Shown: positions 18,691 through 28,029, counted from the first letter of the stretch. The stretch: DNA of 64,000 bases from Alphaproteobacteria bacterium (GCA_017475705.1 JAFVFB010000032.1:4971-68970), one strand, 5' to 3'. A program made the numbers and translations. Notes: a model not told the origin generated them from the sequence alone.

Positions 18691-20340
18691 CTAATAAACA
18701 GGACGCTGGTCAATTAAGCCACACCATCTTTCCACTTCGTCCATATCAATTTGTCCTTTAATCATGCGTTCGATAGCAGCTTCTTTGAGGGGACGACCAT
18801 CAAGTTCGCTCACCCAATAGTCGATAGCTTTAGCTGTTTCGTTATCAATCATTAGTTTTAAAAAGTGTGAATCGGGCAAAATAATTTCATCAACAGCCAT
18901 TCTTCCTTTAAAGCCTTTATAGCCGCAAGCTTTACATCCAGGACCACTTACATATACATTTTCGATACCATATTCACCTAATGCATGTTTAAGGCGGTTA
19001 AATTCAGGAGAACCTTCCTTTGTTTTAATAGACTGCCGGCAAGCTGGGCATAATTTTCTAAACAGACGTTGCGAAACGAGGCCTTTTACCAGCTCTGGGT
19101 CATTAAGCAAATATGGCTGAATTCCCATATCGCGCAAACGAGTGACGATAGCCGGCGCGGAGTTAGCGTGCAAGGTAGTCCATACACCGTGTCCAGACAA
19201 AGCTCCCTTAAAAGTAAGTTCAGCAGTCGAGAGAGAACGTGTTTCACCCACGAGGATAACATCAGGGTCAGAACGCAACGCTGCAGACAAAGCTTTAGTA
19301 AATTGCTCATTTTTTTCTTCTTCAGTATTAGCGTTCGTCACAGGCATTTGGCGTGCCCCAGGGATAGGATATTCTGGAGGGTCTTCCACTGTCAAAAGGT
19401 TAATCTGATAATTTTTTTCTTGTAGTAATTTAATCATGTTGCGCTGCAATGTTGTTGATTTACCAGAACCAGTCGGTCCTGCCACAACATTTAATCCCAC
19501 AGCCATACTACGCATCTTGTAAAACAGATCTTCCTCATATTTACCAAGCCCGAGCGAGCGCAAATCAGAGCTACCCTCAGGGTTATCATCAGCATAAAGT
19601 AAGCGCATAACCAAATACTGAGAGCCAAACGCAATAGGATTAAATTGCAAACGGATAGCCAACACATTATGCGGTAGCATAAGTTTACCATTAGAACCAC
19701 GTAACGGCGTAGAGCCAAGCTTTTGTGCACCTTGAAATTCATTTTGCGAATAGTTTGAATCTGAAATATCAGCAGAAGCAAACACCGCACGCACAAATGC
19801 CTCACCCCATTCTCCGCCGTATTCATTTTGCTTTACCATAATACCGTTCTCGCGGAACAATATAGTCGAAGATGAACCCACAATAACATGTATATCAGAA
19901 ACTTTTTTTTGCGATGCACGTTGGATAATGTTAATAAAGTCGATTTGCATTTGCATATCGGCAGCCTCTTCCGCCGAAACATCAACCGTACCACCGCCAC
20001 GTTCTGCATAAGCATAAATGGCAGAAATTTCATTCAGAGTAACATAGATAGGGGCTTTTATCGGAATTTTTCTTCTTTTAACATTTGCCTCAAAATTATA
20101 TACCGCTCCATCAAATCTATTATCCTTTGAAACCAGATAAGTTCCATCAGAAAAGAGGGCTAATAGTCGTCTTGTCTCATTAGAAATAGCAAAGTCGGAG
20201 CCACTCACAGTCAAAAGCTTATTATTGTTTGCAAACAACGTATCAAACAAACTAGTCTTTTTTGTCTGTTGAGCACCGGTATCTTCCTCCTCAAAATCAG
20301 ATACTTCTGCTTTATTTTGCTGTTTATTTTCCTCTGCCAT
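18691..20340 (-). CDS. GspE/PilB-family secretion ATPase (R64 PilQ-like)
   Basis: Walker A AGPTGSGKSTT, Asp box LTVEDPPEYPIPG, Walker B DPDVILVGETR, His box GHGVWTTLHANS, and a tetracysteine cluster CPAC...CKAC. Confidence 0.9.
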   Translation of the reverse strand: MAEENKQQNKAEVSDFEEEDTGAQQTKKTSLFDTLFANNNKLLTVSGSDFAISNETRRLLALFSDGTYLVSKDNRFDGAVYNFEANVKRRKIPIKAPIYVTLNEISAIYAYAERGGGTVDVSAEEAADMQMQIDFINIIQRASQKKVSDIHVIVGSSSTILFRENGIMVKQNEYGGEWGEAFVRAVFASADISDSNYSQNEFQGAQKLGSTPLRGSNGKLMLPHNVLAIRLQFNPIAFGSQYLVMRLLYADDNPEGSSDLRSLGLGKYEEDLFYKMRSMAVGLNVVAGPTGSGKSTTLQRNMIKLLQEKNYQINLLTVEDPPEYPIPGARQMPVTNANTEEEKNEQFTKALSAALRSDPDVILVGETRSLSTAELTFKGALSGHGVWTTLHANSAPAIVTRLRDMGIQPYLLNDPELVKGLVSQRLFRKLCPACRQSIKTKEGSPEFNRLKHALGEYGIENVYVSGPGCKACGYKGFKGRMAVDEIILPDSHFLKLMIDNETAKAIDYWVSELDGRPLKEAAIERMIKGQIDMDEVERWCGLIDQRPVY

Positions 20341-20370
20341 TTTTCATACCACAAGAAACATTAAAAAAGA

Positions 20371-21927
20371 TTATTTTTTATCACCATCTTTGAGCAAACC
20401 AAGAGTCGGCACAATTCCATCAATGGTTTTACCCACATAAAGGTAATCATCACGCCCATCGCGACTAAAGCGCACATAATCCGAACCAATTTCACTAACT
20501 ACATGACCTGTTGGCAAAGGTGAGCCAACTTTAAGCGAGCTAGATTGTCCTTTCAAATCGATAATATCAACAGACATATTACCTGATTGGCCTTTAATAC
20601 CTAAAATAGCATATTCGCTACTTAGTTTATAAGGAGTGGCATTTTCTTCCGCAATTTGGTCAGAAACAGCCGTTTCTACTTTTGCATCAGTTGATCCTGT
20701 TGTGGCATTAACAGCATTCATCATTGCCGCATTTTTATCTTTTAATTCCTCAATAGATTGTGTCTTAAGATAAAGACTGCTTTTTGCATTGCGAATAATC
20801 AGTGCATCAGCTTCGATTCTTTTTCGTAATTGTTCATTACGAGCCTTAAGTCCTTTTACGATTCTTTCAAAATTAGCACGTGCAGCTTCGGCTGCTTGGA
20901 TATTTTTAGCCGATGCTTCCAAAACAGTATCCAATTTCTGCTTAAAGGAGGCAATAACATCTCTTTTTTCCTGTTCCATATCATTAATTTGGTTGTAAAG
21001 AGCTTCTTTTTCCTTCAACCAATCTTGTTGCATCAAGAGCATTTGGTTCATATAAGCATTAATAAGCTTGCGCTGTTTCAACACTTCAAACATTTTTTCT
21101 TTATCTACCAAAATTTGTTTTTCTCTCAAAACCTGAGCTTCGATTTGTTTTTCTCTTTCCAGATTTTTCAATCTCTCTTCATTTTTCTGTCTTTCGATTT
21201 CCTCAGCATTTTTGATGCGAATAGCTTTTTGCGCTTCTATCTCGTTACGGATTTTTTCACGTCTTAATTCCAAGGTTAGCAGAGTAGTACTCTTTTCAAT
21301 AGCCGACATTTGTGAAAACAAATCATCATCAATTTGTGAAAGAACACTATTACTCAGATTCTCGACAGGATTAGTTTTATATTGGATATTTTGCGGCATA
21401 TCTGCATCATTGATTTCCTTGCCAAGATTATCAGTTCTTTGCCCAGGAGTAACCGCTTTCATTTTTAAATCAAAGTCAAAATCATCACGAGCAGCATCAG
21501 CTTGATTTTCTGCAAGAGCATCATTAGCTACCTTTTCAGTCTGTTCATTTGTAGATGCTGTCGTCTCAGTAGTCGATTCGCCAGAGGTAATAACTTTTTC
21601 GGCAGAAACCTTTTCCTCAATATTTTGCTTAGCTGAATCCAAAGTCTCTTCTACTTTCTGAGGCACAGTCTCAACCGCCGCAGTTTCTTCTGCTATAGTC
21701 GCTTCAACTTTTTTCACAGCTTGTGCTTGTGATGGAGACACCAAAGCAGCATTAGCTACCGCATCAACCGTAGCAGGCTCAGTGGATTTCTGGTTTGCAA
21801 CATTAATTGGCAAACTGGCTGCGTTAACATTTTCCAAGGTTGTCTCTTCAGCGCAAACATAAACTGGATTAGATAAAATAACTAAAACAGTTAAAGCCCA
21901 AAGAGTCTTTTTATTTCTACTGAACAT
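20371..21927 (-). CDS. PilP-like pilus biogenesis protein with a very long coiled-coil/acidic insert
   Basis: Signal peptide (MFSRNKKTLWALTVLVILSNPVYVCA). A C-terminal ~70 aa (YAILGIKGQSGNMSVDIIDLKGQSSSLKVGSPLPTGHVVSEIGSDYVRF) resembles the type IVb PilP domain. The middle part is ER/K-rich heptad-like sequence. Confidence 0.45.
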   Translation of the reverse strand: MFSRNKKTLWALTVLVILSNPVYVCAEETTLENVNAASLPINVANQKSTEPATVDAVANAALVSPSQAQAVKKVEATIAEETAAVETVPQKVEETLDSAKQNIEEKVSAEKVITSGESTTETTASTNEQTEKVANDALAENQADAARDDFDFDLKMKAVTPGQRTDNLGKEINDADMPQNIQYKTNPVENLSNSVLSQIDDDLFSQMSAIEKSTTLLTLELRREKIRNEIEAQKAIRIKNAEEIERQKNEERLKNLEREKQIEAQVLREKQILVDKEKMFEVLKQRKLINAYMNQMLLMQQDWLKEKEALYNQINDMEQEKRDVIASFKQKLDTVLEASAKNIQAAEAARANFERIVKGLKARNEQLRKRIEADALIIRNAKSSLYLKTQSIEELKDKNAAMMNAVNATTGSTDAKVETAVSDQIAEENATPYKLSSEYAILGIKGQSGNMSVDIIDLKGQSSSLKVGSPLPTGHVVSEIGSDYVRFSRDGRDDYLYVGKTIDGIVPTLGLLKDGDKK

Positions 21928-23191
21928 AAATTGTCCCCTCATAATTCCAAGTGCCACGATTATATAGTATAGTATTAACCTTAAGTCCTGAAAATTTTGT
22001 TAACACATCTTTCCAAACATTAGGGTCATACTTAGATGTTATCTTAAAGTTTATATAAGAATATGTCTTATCTCCGGCGCGAACATTACCATCGGTCAGT
22101 CCGACCTGCAGATTTAGTGATTGAAATAAATCATTAATCAAGTTACGTGTTTCATTAGCTGTTTTTTTCGGAACAGAATTAACTTTTTTTGCTTGAGAAA
22201 AAGGAAGCGACACCGTAACAATATTCGCACGTTGGTCAACAGTTTTATTTGCAAAAGTAAGTCCAGAATGGCTAAGAGACATTTCCAACCATGAGAGTCT
22301 GCCAAACTCTCGTCGCCAAGATGTGATTGCCTCCGACGGTGTACATGTAATACCCATATTTATCCATCCTGGTGTAGCAATATCAATCAAAGCTAAAGCT
22401 TTTTCACGGCAAGTATCTACCATCCATACAGGATCAACCATAGATTCCCACGGTGCCGGTACAACTTTAACCACTTCTTTGACAACCTTTTTCTGTGCCC
22501 GTCGGGTAATAACCTTATTTTGTTGTGTTGGTGCTGTAAAAAACGCTTGAGAAAGATACATTACCAACCAAGCTCCTACAGCCACTGATAAAATAACCAC
22601 AATAGCCAGTTCGGCACCACGCAAAGCATTAATTTTTTCTAATTTTGTATCTAAGCCAGCCGCAAAAATTTCTGCAATATCTTTTTGTTCAGTTTCATCG
22701 ATTCCCCACTCTGCCGGGGCAATTTTCTTCGACCAATCTGGAACAGAAAGCATAGACATAAATTGCTCTTTAGCATCTTCTTCTTTTACAAATAGAACAT
22801 CACCATCAGAAAGAATAACATCATTTCTAATACACAAATACCAGTATCCGGCATCAACCTTAAACACGGCCAATAACGATGGAGAATCACTCATTGCAGT
22901 AGCTGCTGTAACAGCTGCTACATTCATGCCTTTCTTAAAACCTTGGGTGGAAACCGCTAAACCAAGCTGAGGAGATTTACCATGTTTAACACAAAACAAA
23001 TCAGCTCCAACCAAAACATTTTCAGCCGCTTCTTTTGCATCTAAAAATGGCGCATCAACATTTTGCAAGCTTTCCCAAAAAACACTGGCCGCATACTGCA
23101 CCCCGTCCACAGTAAAACTAGCCGCCCATTCTTTACTGTTCTCGCGGAGCGCATCAAAATCGTTTATTTCCATATCGCTTCTATCTGCCAC
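21917..23191 (-). CDS. PilO-like (type 4b pilus PilO2 family) membrane protein
   Basis: 424 aa, close to the size of R64 PilO as I recall it, with a central TM helix (LAIVVILSVAVGAWLVMYL). It sits between the secretin and PilP-like genes. Assigned from position and general pattern only. Confidence 0.4.
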   Translation of the reverse strand: MADRSDMEINDFDALRENSKEWAASFTVDGVQYAASVFWESLQNVDAPFLDAKEAAENVLVGADLFCVKHGKSPQLGLAVSTQGFKKGMNVAAVTAATAMSDSPSLLAVFKVDAGYWYLCIRNDVILSDGDVLFVKEEDAKEQFMSMLSVPDWSKKIAPAEWGIDETEQKDIAEIFAAGLDTKLEKINALRGAELAIVVILSVAVGAWLVMYLSQAFFTAPTQQNKVITRRAQKKVVKEVVKVVPAPWESMVDPVWMVDTCREKALALIDIATPGWINMGITCTPSEAITSWRREFGRLSWLEMSLSHSGLTFANKTVDQRANIVTVSLPFSQAKKVNSVPKKTANETRNLINDLFQSLNLQVGLTDGNVRAGDKTYSYINFKITSKYDPNVWKDVLTKFSGLKVNTILYNRGTWNYEGTIYVQ

Positions 23192-23207
23192 GGCCTAATC
23201 CTCATCT

Positions 23208-24809
23208 TTAGAATCTCATCCGAGATTCAGGTAATAAAGGAGATTCCAATACAACCGGTGTTAACAAAATAACTAATACCGTTCTAACTTTATCAACCTT
23301 TTGTTTGCCACCTAAAATATTATTATTAATGGCACCTAAGCCAGTTTTATTACTTCTGGTATCAACGCGTTCATAACCAGCCAAAACAAGTGTGTCACCA
23401 GATTTCATACTAATCTCTTGCGAAAACCCTCTTTCCACTGTCTTTGGATTCTGTACATAGTTCTCACCCACATCAACGCGCTCCAAATCAATCAGGTTAG
23501 AGAGCATCAAACTAAACAGCATCATCAACCGTCCATGGTCCATAACTCTTGGCAAAACATCCATCGTAAAGCCCGTTTCAATCTCATCTGTTTCGATAGA
23601 TATATCATAATTGTCACCAGTGGAACCACTATTTGTTTTGGTGATTTCAGATACATAATTTTGTTTTGTTACCACTTGAATTGGTGCCGGTTTGTTATTC
23701 ATTGTCGTAACGGTACCACTCGTCACAAGGGTTGTTGTCGTTTGCTTTGCCAATGCCTCAATAGCAGCATCAACAGAAACATCGCCACTCAAAATCTTCA
23801 TAGAAAGTGAACCATTTGCGGCATCTTCTCCAGTGCCTAGACCGCCAGGTGTTATAAGCGTCCCTAAGCTAACTTTGCCACCATTAGCTGTTCTATCTTT
23901 GAATGCCGCATCTAAATCAAAACCAAATCCTCGTGTATCGTCCACTTCGACTTCTAGCACTTTAATGCTGATAGCAACTTGTCTAGCCAAACGAATATTT
24001 TGCTCATGAACATATTTTGCAACCTTCTTAATTTCAGTCGGCGTTGCTGTAATAGTCAGCGTCCCATTCATCGGGTCAGTAATTAAAGTAGAACCAGCCC
24101 CAAGCATAGATTTCACGGCGTCAACAATACTACCCCAAACATCAATATTGGAGATATTTGTTGTGATACTTCCGCCACCGGAAGAACTGCTAACACTAGA
24201 AGTCATAGAAGGCTTAGTTGGTAAGGTGTAGAGAGTAAAGATTTTTGTGGTATACTTATAGATATATATCTCTCCGTTTTCATATTTCCACCATACGCCA
24301 AAATAAGAGCAAACCTCATCAAGCAAACCGCTTAAAGAACCTTTATAAGAAACCAGCATTCTAGATGTATCAGACCACTTAGAACCCACTTTATTAACTG
24401 TTGGCGCATTTCTATCTGCCGCAGCTTTTGCCGTTCCTTCAAGTTGTGCGGCTAAGCGTACTTTAATAGATGTAATCTGGTTAATCATACTGCCAATTTC
24501 ATAAAGCGTAATAGGCCTGTTGCTAACCAAAGTCACACCATCTGCTGTTTCTAGATAACTAGGCAAAGGTTTATCGCCTTCGTATTCTATTTCGCTTGTA
24601 TCTCCAAGCCATATATCATCTTTAACGCGTACAACATCTGTTTCTTCCTTGGGTTGAGGTACCTTTGCATCTTCTTTATAGCGAATAGTTGCATCAACAT
24701 CGCGTTCAATAGCCGCGTCATAATCTGTTGGGAGCGAGCAAGATGCAATACCCAACAGCAACACCGCTGCAAATCCGATTGAAATTTTTCTATTAGTACG
24801 CATTCTCAT
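23208..24809 (-). CDS. Secretin lipoprotein, R64 PilN family (type IVb pilus outer-membrane channel)
   Basis: Lipobox LLGIASC. C-terminal secretin domain (GFTMDVLPRV ... SGDTLVLAGY ... TVLVILLTPVVL). The N-terminal part SLSGLLDEVCSYFGVWWKYENGEIYIYK resembles PilN/BfpB-type secretins. Confidence 0.8.
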   Translation of the reverse strand: MRMRTNRKISIGFAAVLLLGIASCSLPTDYDAAIERDVDATIRYKEDAKVPQPKEETDVVRVKDDIWLGDTSEIEYEGDKPLPSYLETADGVTLVSNRPITLYEIGSMINQITSIKVRLAAQLEGTAKAAADRNAPTVNKVGSKWSDTSRMLVSYKGSLSGLLDEVCSYFGVWWKYENGEIYIYKYTTKIFTLYTLPTKPSMTSSVSSSSGGGSITTNISNIDVWGSIVDAVKSMLGAGSTLITDPMNGTLTITATPTEIKKVAKYVHEQNIRLARQVAISIKVLEVEVDDTRGFGFDLDAAFKDRTANGGKVSLGTLITPGGLGTGEDAANGSLSMKILSGDVSVDAAIEALAKQTTTTLVTSGTVTTMNNKPAPIQVVTKQNYVSEITKTNSGSTGDNYDISIETDEIETGFTMDVLPRVMDHGRLMMLFSLMLSNLIDLERVDVGENYVQNPKTVERGFSQEISMKSGDTLVLAGYERVDTRSNKTGLGAINNNILGGKQKVDKVRTVLVILLTPVVLESPLLPESRMRF

Positions 24810-25713
24810 TCTCCATAGTTTCTACGACAATAACACGGTTACCTTTATAAAAAGTCGCAATAGGGGCAGGTCTCGCTCTGGCAAAAGCTCTAACCAGTGC
24901 TGAGCTTACATCAGTAAACTTACCCTTAAACATAACGCCTGCACTCAAAGTATAGTTACGATTGGTATTCCATAGTAATTTCCAACCAGCCATTTTACTC
25001 CATTCTGTGAGCAATTCACGTAGTGTATCACCTTCTTGAGCATCCCAAGTCAACACTTCAGAATCAGTAACTTTTTTAGCGCCAACCTCAACATTTTCCT
25101 CGTTGCCACCGATTTCAATAAATTCGATATTTTCACCATCTATACCATTGTTTCTAGCATAGTCATCGATGTTAAAGGCTTCTTCTGTAAATTCAGAGGC
25201 TATGTTTCCATCAGGAATATTTGCGAATTGTCCGCAGTCTTGTTGGCAAAAAACTTGATATCCGGGATGAGTAATAACGCCGGAATAATTATTGAGAGGG
25301 TATTGCGGTTCTAAGTTATCTGCACCGGTATTAGCAAAAGCATCTTGCGGTTCATCATCAGTGTACATTGGTTCATATTCAGTCACCACATCTTCTTCAA
25401 TATCCGGTGGAATAGTAGCCGTAAGGTTATTTCCTGCTGCTGCCTGCGTATACAGCTGGTCACGAGGTGTACGCTCACCATAAGCCCGATAGTCGGCCTC
25501 TGTCTTGGTATAATTAATCAAAGCTGTATCATTACAGCCAATACCATCAACACCACATCTGTTATTAGCATCAACAGTAGCATCAATAACCGGTGGTAAA
25601 TCATTCGGGTCAACTTCATAATTTTCATCAGAAAAGCTACTGCATGAGGAAAGTCCGCACGCACACAATACGCAAAACGATAATAAAATATTTTTCTTCA
25701 TAATTTTACTCAT
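24793..25713 (-). CDS. PilL-like lipoprotein with a TcpQ-type C-terminal domain
   Basis: Lipobox CGLSSC. The C-terminal region TLRELLTEWSKMAGWKLLWNTNRNYTLSAGVMFKGKFTDVSSALVRAF matches my recollection of the PilL/TcpQ domain. It overlaps the secretin gene start. Confidence 0.6.
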   Translation of the reverse strand: MSKIMKKNILLSFCVLCACGLSSCSSFSDENYEVDPNDLPPVIDATVDANNRCGVDGIGCNDTALINYTKTEADYRAYGERTPRDQLYTQAAAGNNLTATIPPDIEEDVVTEYEPMYTDDEPQDAFANTGADNLEPQYPLNNYSGVITHPGYQVFCQQDCGQFANIPDGNIASEFTEEAFNIDDYARNNGIDGENIEFIEIGGNEENVEVGAKKVTDSEVLTWDAQEGDTLRELLTEWSKMAGWKLLWNTNRNYTLSAGVMFKGKFTDVSSALVRAFARARPAPIATFYKGNRVIVVETMENENAY

Positions 25714-25822
25714 CTCTAAATACACTCTCACCCACACAATAAAGGTTAAAAATTAATTAATCAAGCGTAACACTTTATTTATAAAACGATTTGTGGACTT
25801 TTTCATTTCATTGGCTCCTTTT

Positions 25823-27148
25823 TTATCTGAACCGCCGTACACGTATGATAAGTGCATTAGGCTCGGTTTGAGAAAAGACAGTGCTAACTTTAGCAAAGTC
25901 CACGCCGTTGTTCATAAAAATAGAATAAAGCAAGTTCAATCTTCTTTTCTGCAGTTCAGAAGCTGTATTAGCATTAAGTCTGACTTCAAGATAAATATCT
26001 TTTTCAAAAGTTGCCTTAGAAAAAGCTTTTAGCCACTGCAATGTCGTGCCGGATATTTCAGCACGTTCTGGCTGGAAAGAAAGTTTAAGCTCTGAGGGTA
26101 GAATTCTTCTTTGAGCGTGCGCCTGTTTCGTCGCTTGTAATGATTCGTAAAGCCGCCCTAAACGATCTGACTTGCTTTCTTCTGTCATTTCTTTTTGCAC
26201 GGGGGTGGGTTTACTATATAAGCTACTATAAGACGGGGCATCTTGTTTTTTTACTGTTGTGCTTTGATGGTTTGCATTGACGGGGTCATTAAACCAAGAG
26301 GAAATGCTGTTTAATAAAAATTTATCCTCTTTGTTGTTTTTCGAAGGTTGTGGTGTTGTAACACGTGGCTTAGTTACCACGGTTTTCTTTTCAACAACAG
26401 GAACCGCAGGTGTGTTGATGGGGGTCTGAACGGTGGATGGAGTATCTCTTTGGATAAAAGTCGGTGTCAGATTCTCATCATTTAAAATTTCATCTGGGAT
26501 GGGGAAAATGATACTTTGTTTAATTTTTTCTGCCACTTTATATGAAACTTCAGAATCATGTTGTGTTACTTGGGAGATATTATCAGTAAATAAAGTTGGT
26601 TGATTTTGAAGCTCTACTGCTTCTGCCAGAATTTTATTTTTGATTTTGGAATTGCTTTTCGTAACTACCCAAGGTGAGTCGTCTTTTGAAGGCGTTTTAT
26701 TTTCAAATAAAGGGTCGGATAAAATGTTATGATTATCACTAATGTTATCGGGTAACATGGCAGATTTATCATCATTTTCATCCCATAAAACTTCGGCTTG
26801 AGAGGCTTCAGCAAGAGGTGAGCCAATTTCGATAGGGATTTCTTCTTCTGTCTCCATGCTAAGGTTAATAATTTCATCGTCTTCGATTCCATCGGGTGAT
26901 ATATTATCCTCATTCTGCTTAGCAATATTAGTCTCGATTTCAAGAGATTCCTTGTGAATTGGTGTAAACAGATAATGAGAGGGTAATTTCTTGGGTAAAG
27001 TATCAGAAGTCTTAAACAAACTAACTTTAATCTCTTGTTTAGGTGAAGGGCTTTTTTCGGGGGTTGCCGAAGGATTCAGCTGTCCATAGAGGGCAAAGCC
27101 GGATACAGAAAGTAAAAATCCTAAAACAAAATTTTTAATGTCTGACAT
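25823..27148 (-). CDS. Hypothetical membrane-anchored/exported protein, first gene of the pil-like operon
   Basis: 441-aa ORF with an N-terminal hydrophobic segment FVLGFLLSVSGFALYG, a long Pro/Thr/Asp-rich apparently disordered region, and a compact ~90-aa C-terminal domain. No family recognised. Confidence 0.5.
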   Translation of the reverse strand: MSDIKNFVLGFLLSVSGFALYGQLNPSATPEKSPSPKQEIKVSLFKTSDTLPKKLPSHYLFTPIHKESLEIETNIAKQNEDNISPDGIEDDEIINLSMETEEEIPIEIGSPLAEASQAEVLWDENDDKSAMLPDNISDNHNILSDPLFENKTPSKDDSPWVVTKSNSKIKNKILAEAVELQNQPTLFTDNISQVTQHDSEVSYKVAEKIKQSIIFPIPDEILNDENLTPTFIQRDTPSTVQTPINTPAVPVVEKKTVVTKPRVTTPQPSKNNKEDKFLLNSISSWFNDPVNANHQSTTVKKQDAPSYSSLYSKPTPVQKEMTEESKSDRLGRLYESLQATKQAHAQRRILPSELKLSFQPERAEISGTTLQWLKAFSKATFEKDIYLEVRLNANTASELQKRRLNLLYSIFMNNGVDFAKVSTVFSQTEPNALIIRVRRFR

Positions 27149-27382
27149 AGGTTAGCTGTTTTCCTAAACATAAATATTGCTTCACTTAATCGTTAACCAT
27201 ATTTTAAACATTGTTTAGAATCTTTAGCAAATATATTTTAGATTTAATAACAACAAATTTTGACCGACTCGCGAAAATATCGACATTATCGCGTTTTTAC
27301 AATAAGGTGAGTCACCAAACCTGTCAAAAAGATAAATAAAAAATAAGATTTGTTTTTTAGGCTTTAAATTTGAATTTTTTTG

Positions 27383-27391
27383 TGCTATTAT
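27383..27391 (+). promoter_or_regulatory. Candidate extended -10 promoter (TGcTATTAT) for the 160-aa gene; the same AT block reads TATAAT on the minus strand (27387-27392)
   Basis: TGCTATTAT lies 37 nt upstream of the ATG at 27428. On the minus strand, TATAAT has TTCATA 17 nt upstream of it (27410-27415). Confidence 0.25.
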
Positions 27392-27427
27392 ATAAGCAGA
27401 AGAAAATTTTATGAAGAGGATTGAAAT

Positions 27428-27910
27428 ATGAGTACTCTAAACAAAGAAGATCTTGAAAGGTTACAAGAGGCCAAACAACGCCAATATCAAGAATCAAAGC
27501 TTGAGTTAGACATTAACAAGGTCTCTATAAGAGAGTTCTTCCAAAAATATGGAAACATGGATGAGCGTCTTGTTAGTCGTGAATTGGTTGTAGAAACAGG
27601 TCATGGGGAAGATAAGCGCGAGACTGTTGTTTTTGGTATAGAGTATGATCAGTCCGGTCAAGTGGGTGCCATCTATCAGCAAAATTATAAAGAGCCAAAG
27701 CGTATGCTTAAAATAGAAGATTTGGTTGAGACAAATGGAGCTTTCAAAAAATTTGTGAATGAGCGGATGGAGTATTTGTTAGGCAATATGCAAGCGAAAA
27801 AAGAGAAAGTTCGGGCTAATACCTCAAAAGAGGCACCAGCTCGCAAAAAAGTTGTCGTTCGTAAAGTAACACCGACCTTGGCTAAAGAGCGTGATACACA
27901 TAGCATATAA
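27428..27910 (+). CDS. Hypothetical cytoplasmic protein with a basic C-terminal tail (candidate locus regulator or accessory factor)
   Basis: 160-aa ORF with AAGAGGA upstream, no signal peptide, and the C-terminal sequence KKEKVRANTSKEAPARKKVVVRKV. Confidence 0.5.
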   Translation: MSTLNKEDLERLQEAKQRQYQESKLELDINKVSIREFFQKYGNMDERLVSRELVVETGHGEDKRETVVFGIEYDQSGQVGAIYQQNYKEPKRMLKIEDLVETNGAFKKFVNERMEYLLGNMQAKKEKVRANTSKEAPARKKVVVRKVTPTLAKERDTHSI

Positions 27911-28029
27911 ATTTTTTAGCACAAATTTATAGTATGAATTTTTTGTTACAAAATTAAAATATATAATAAAAACATAGCATTAGTGATATTTTCCTCTCCT
28001 TTTTTTTACTGGAAAATTTTGAATATTTA

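Noticed and set aside
27411-27431. A six-codon upstream ORF (MKRIEI) overlapping the start of the 160-aa gene (ATATGA).
   Set aside because: It is too short, it has no separate ribosome-binding site, and the AAGAGGA it contains is better explained as the Shine-Dalgarno sequence of the main ORF.
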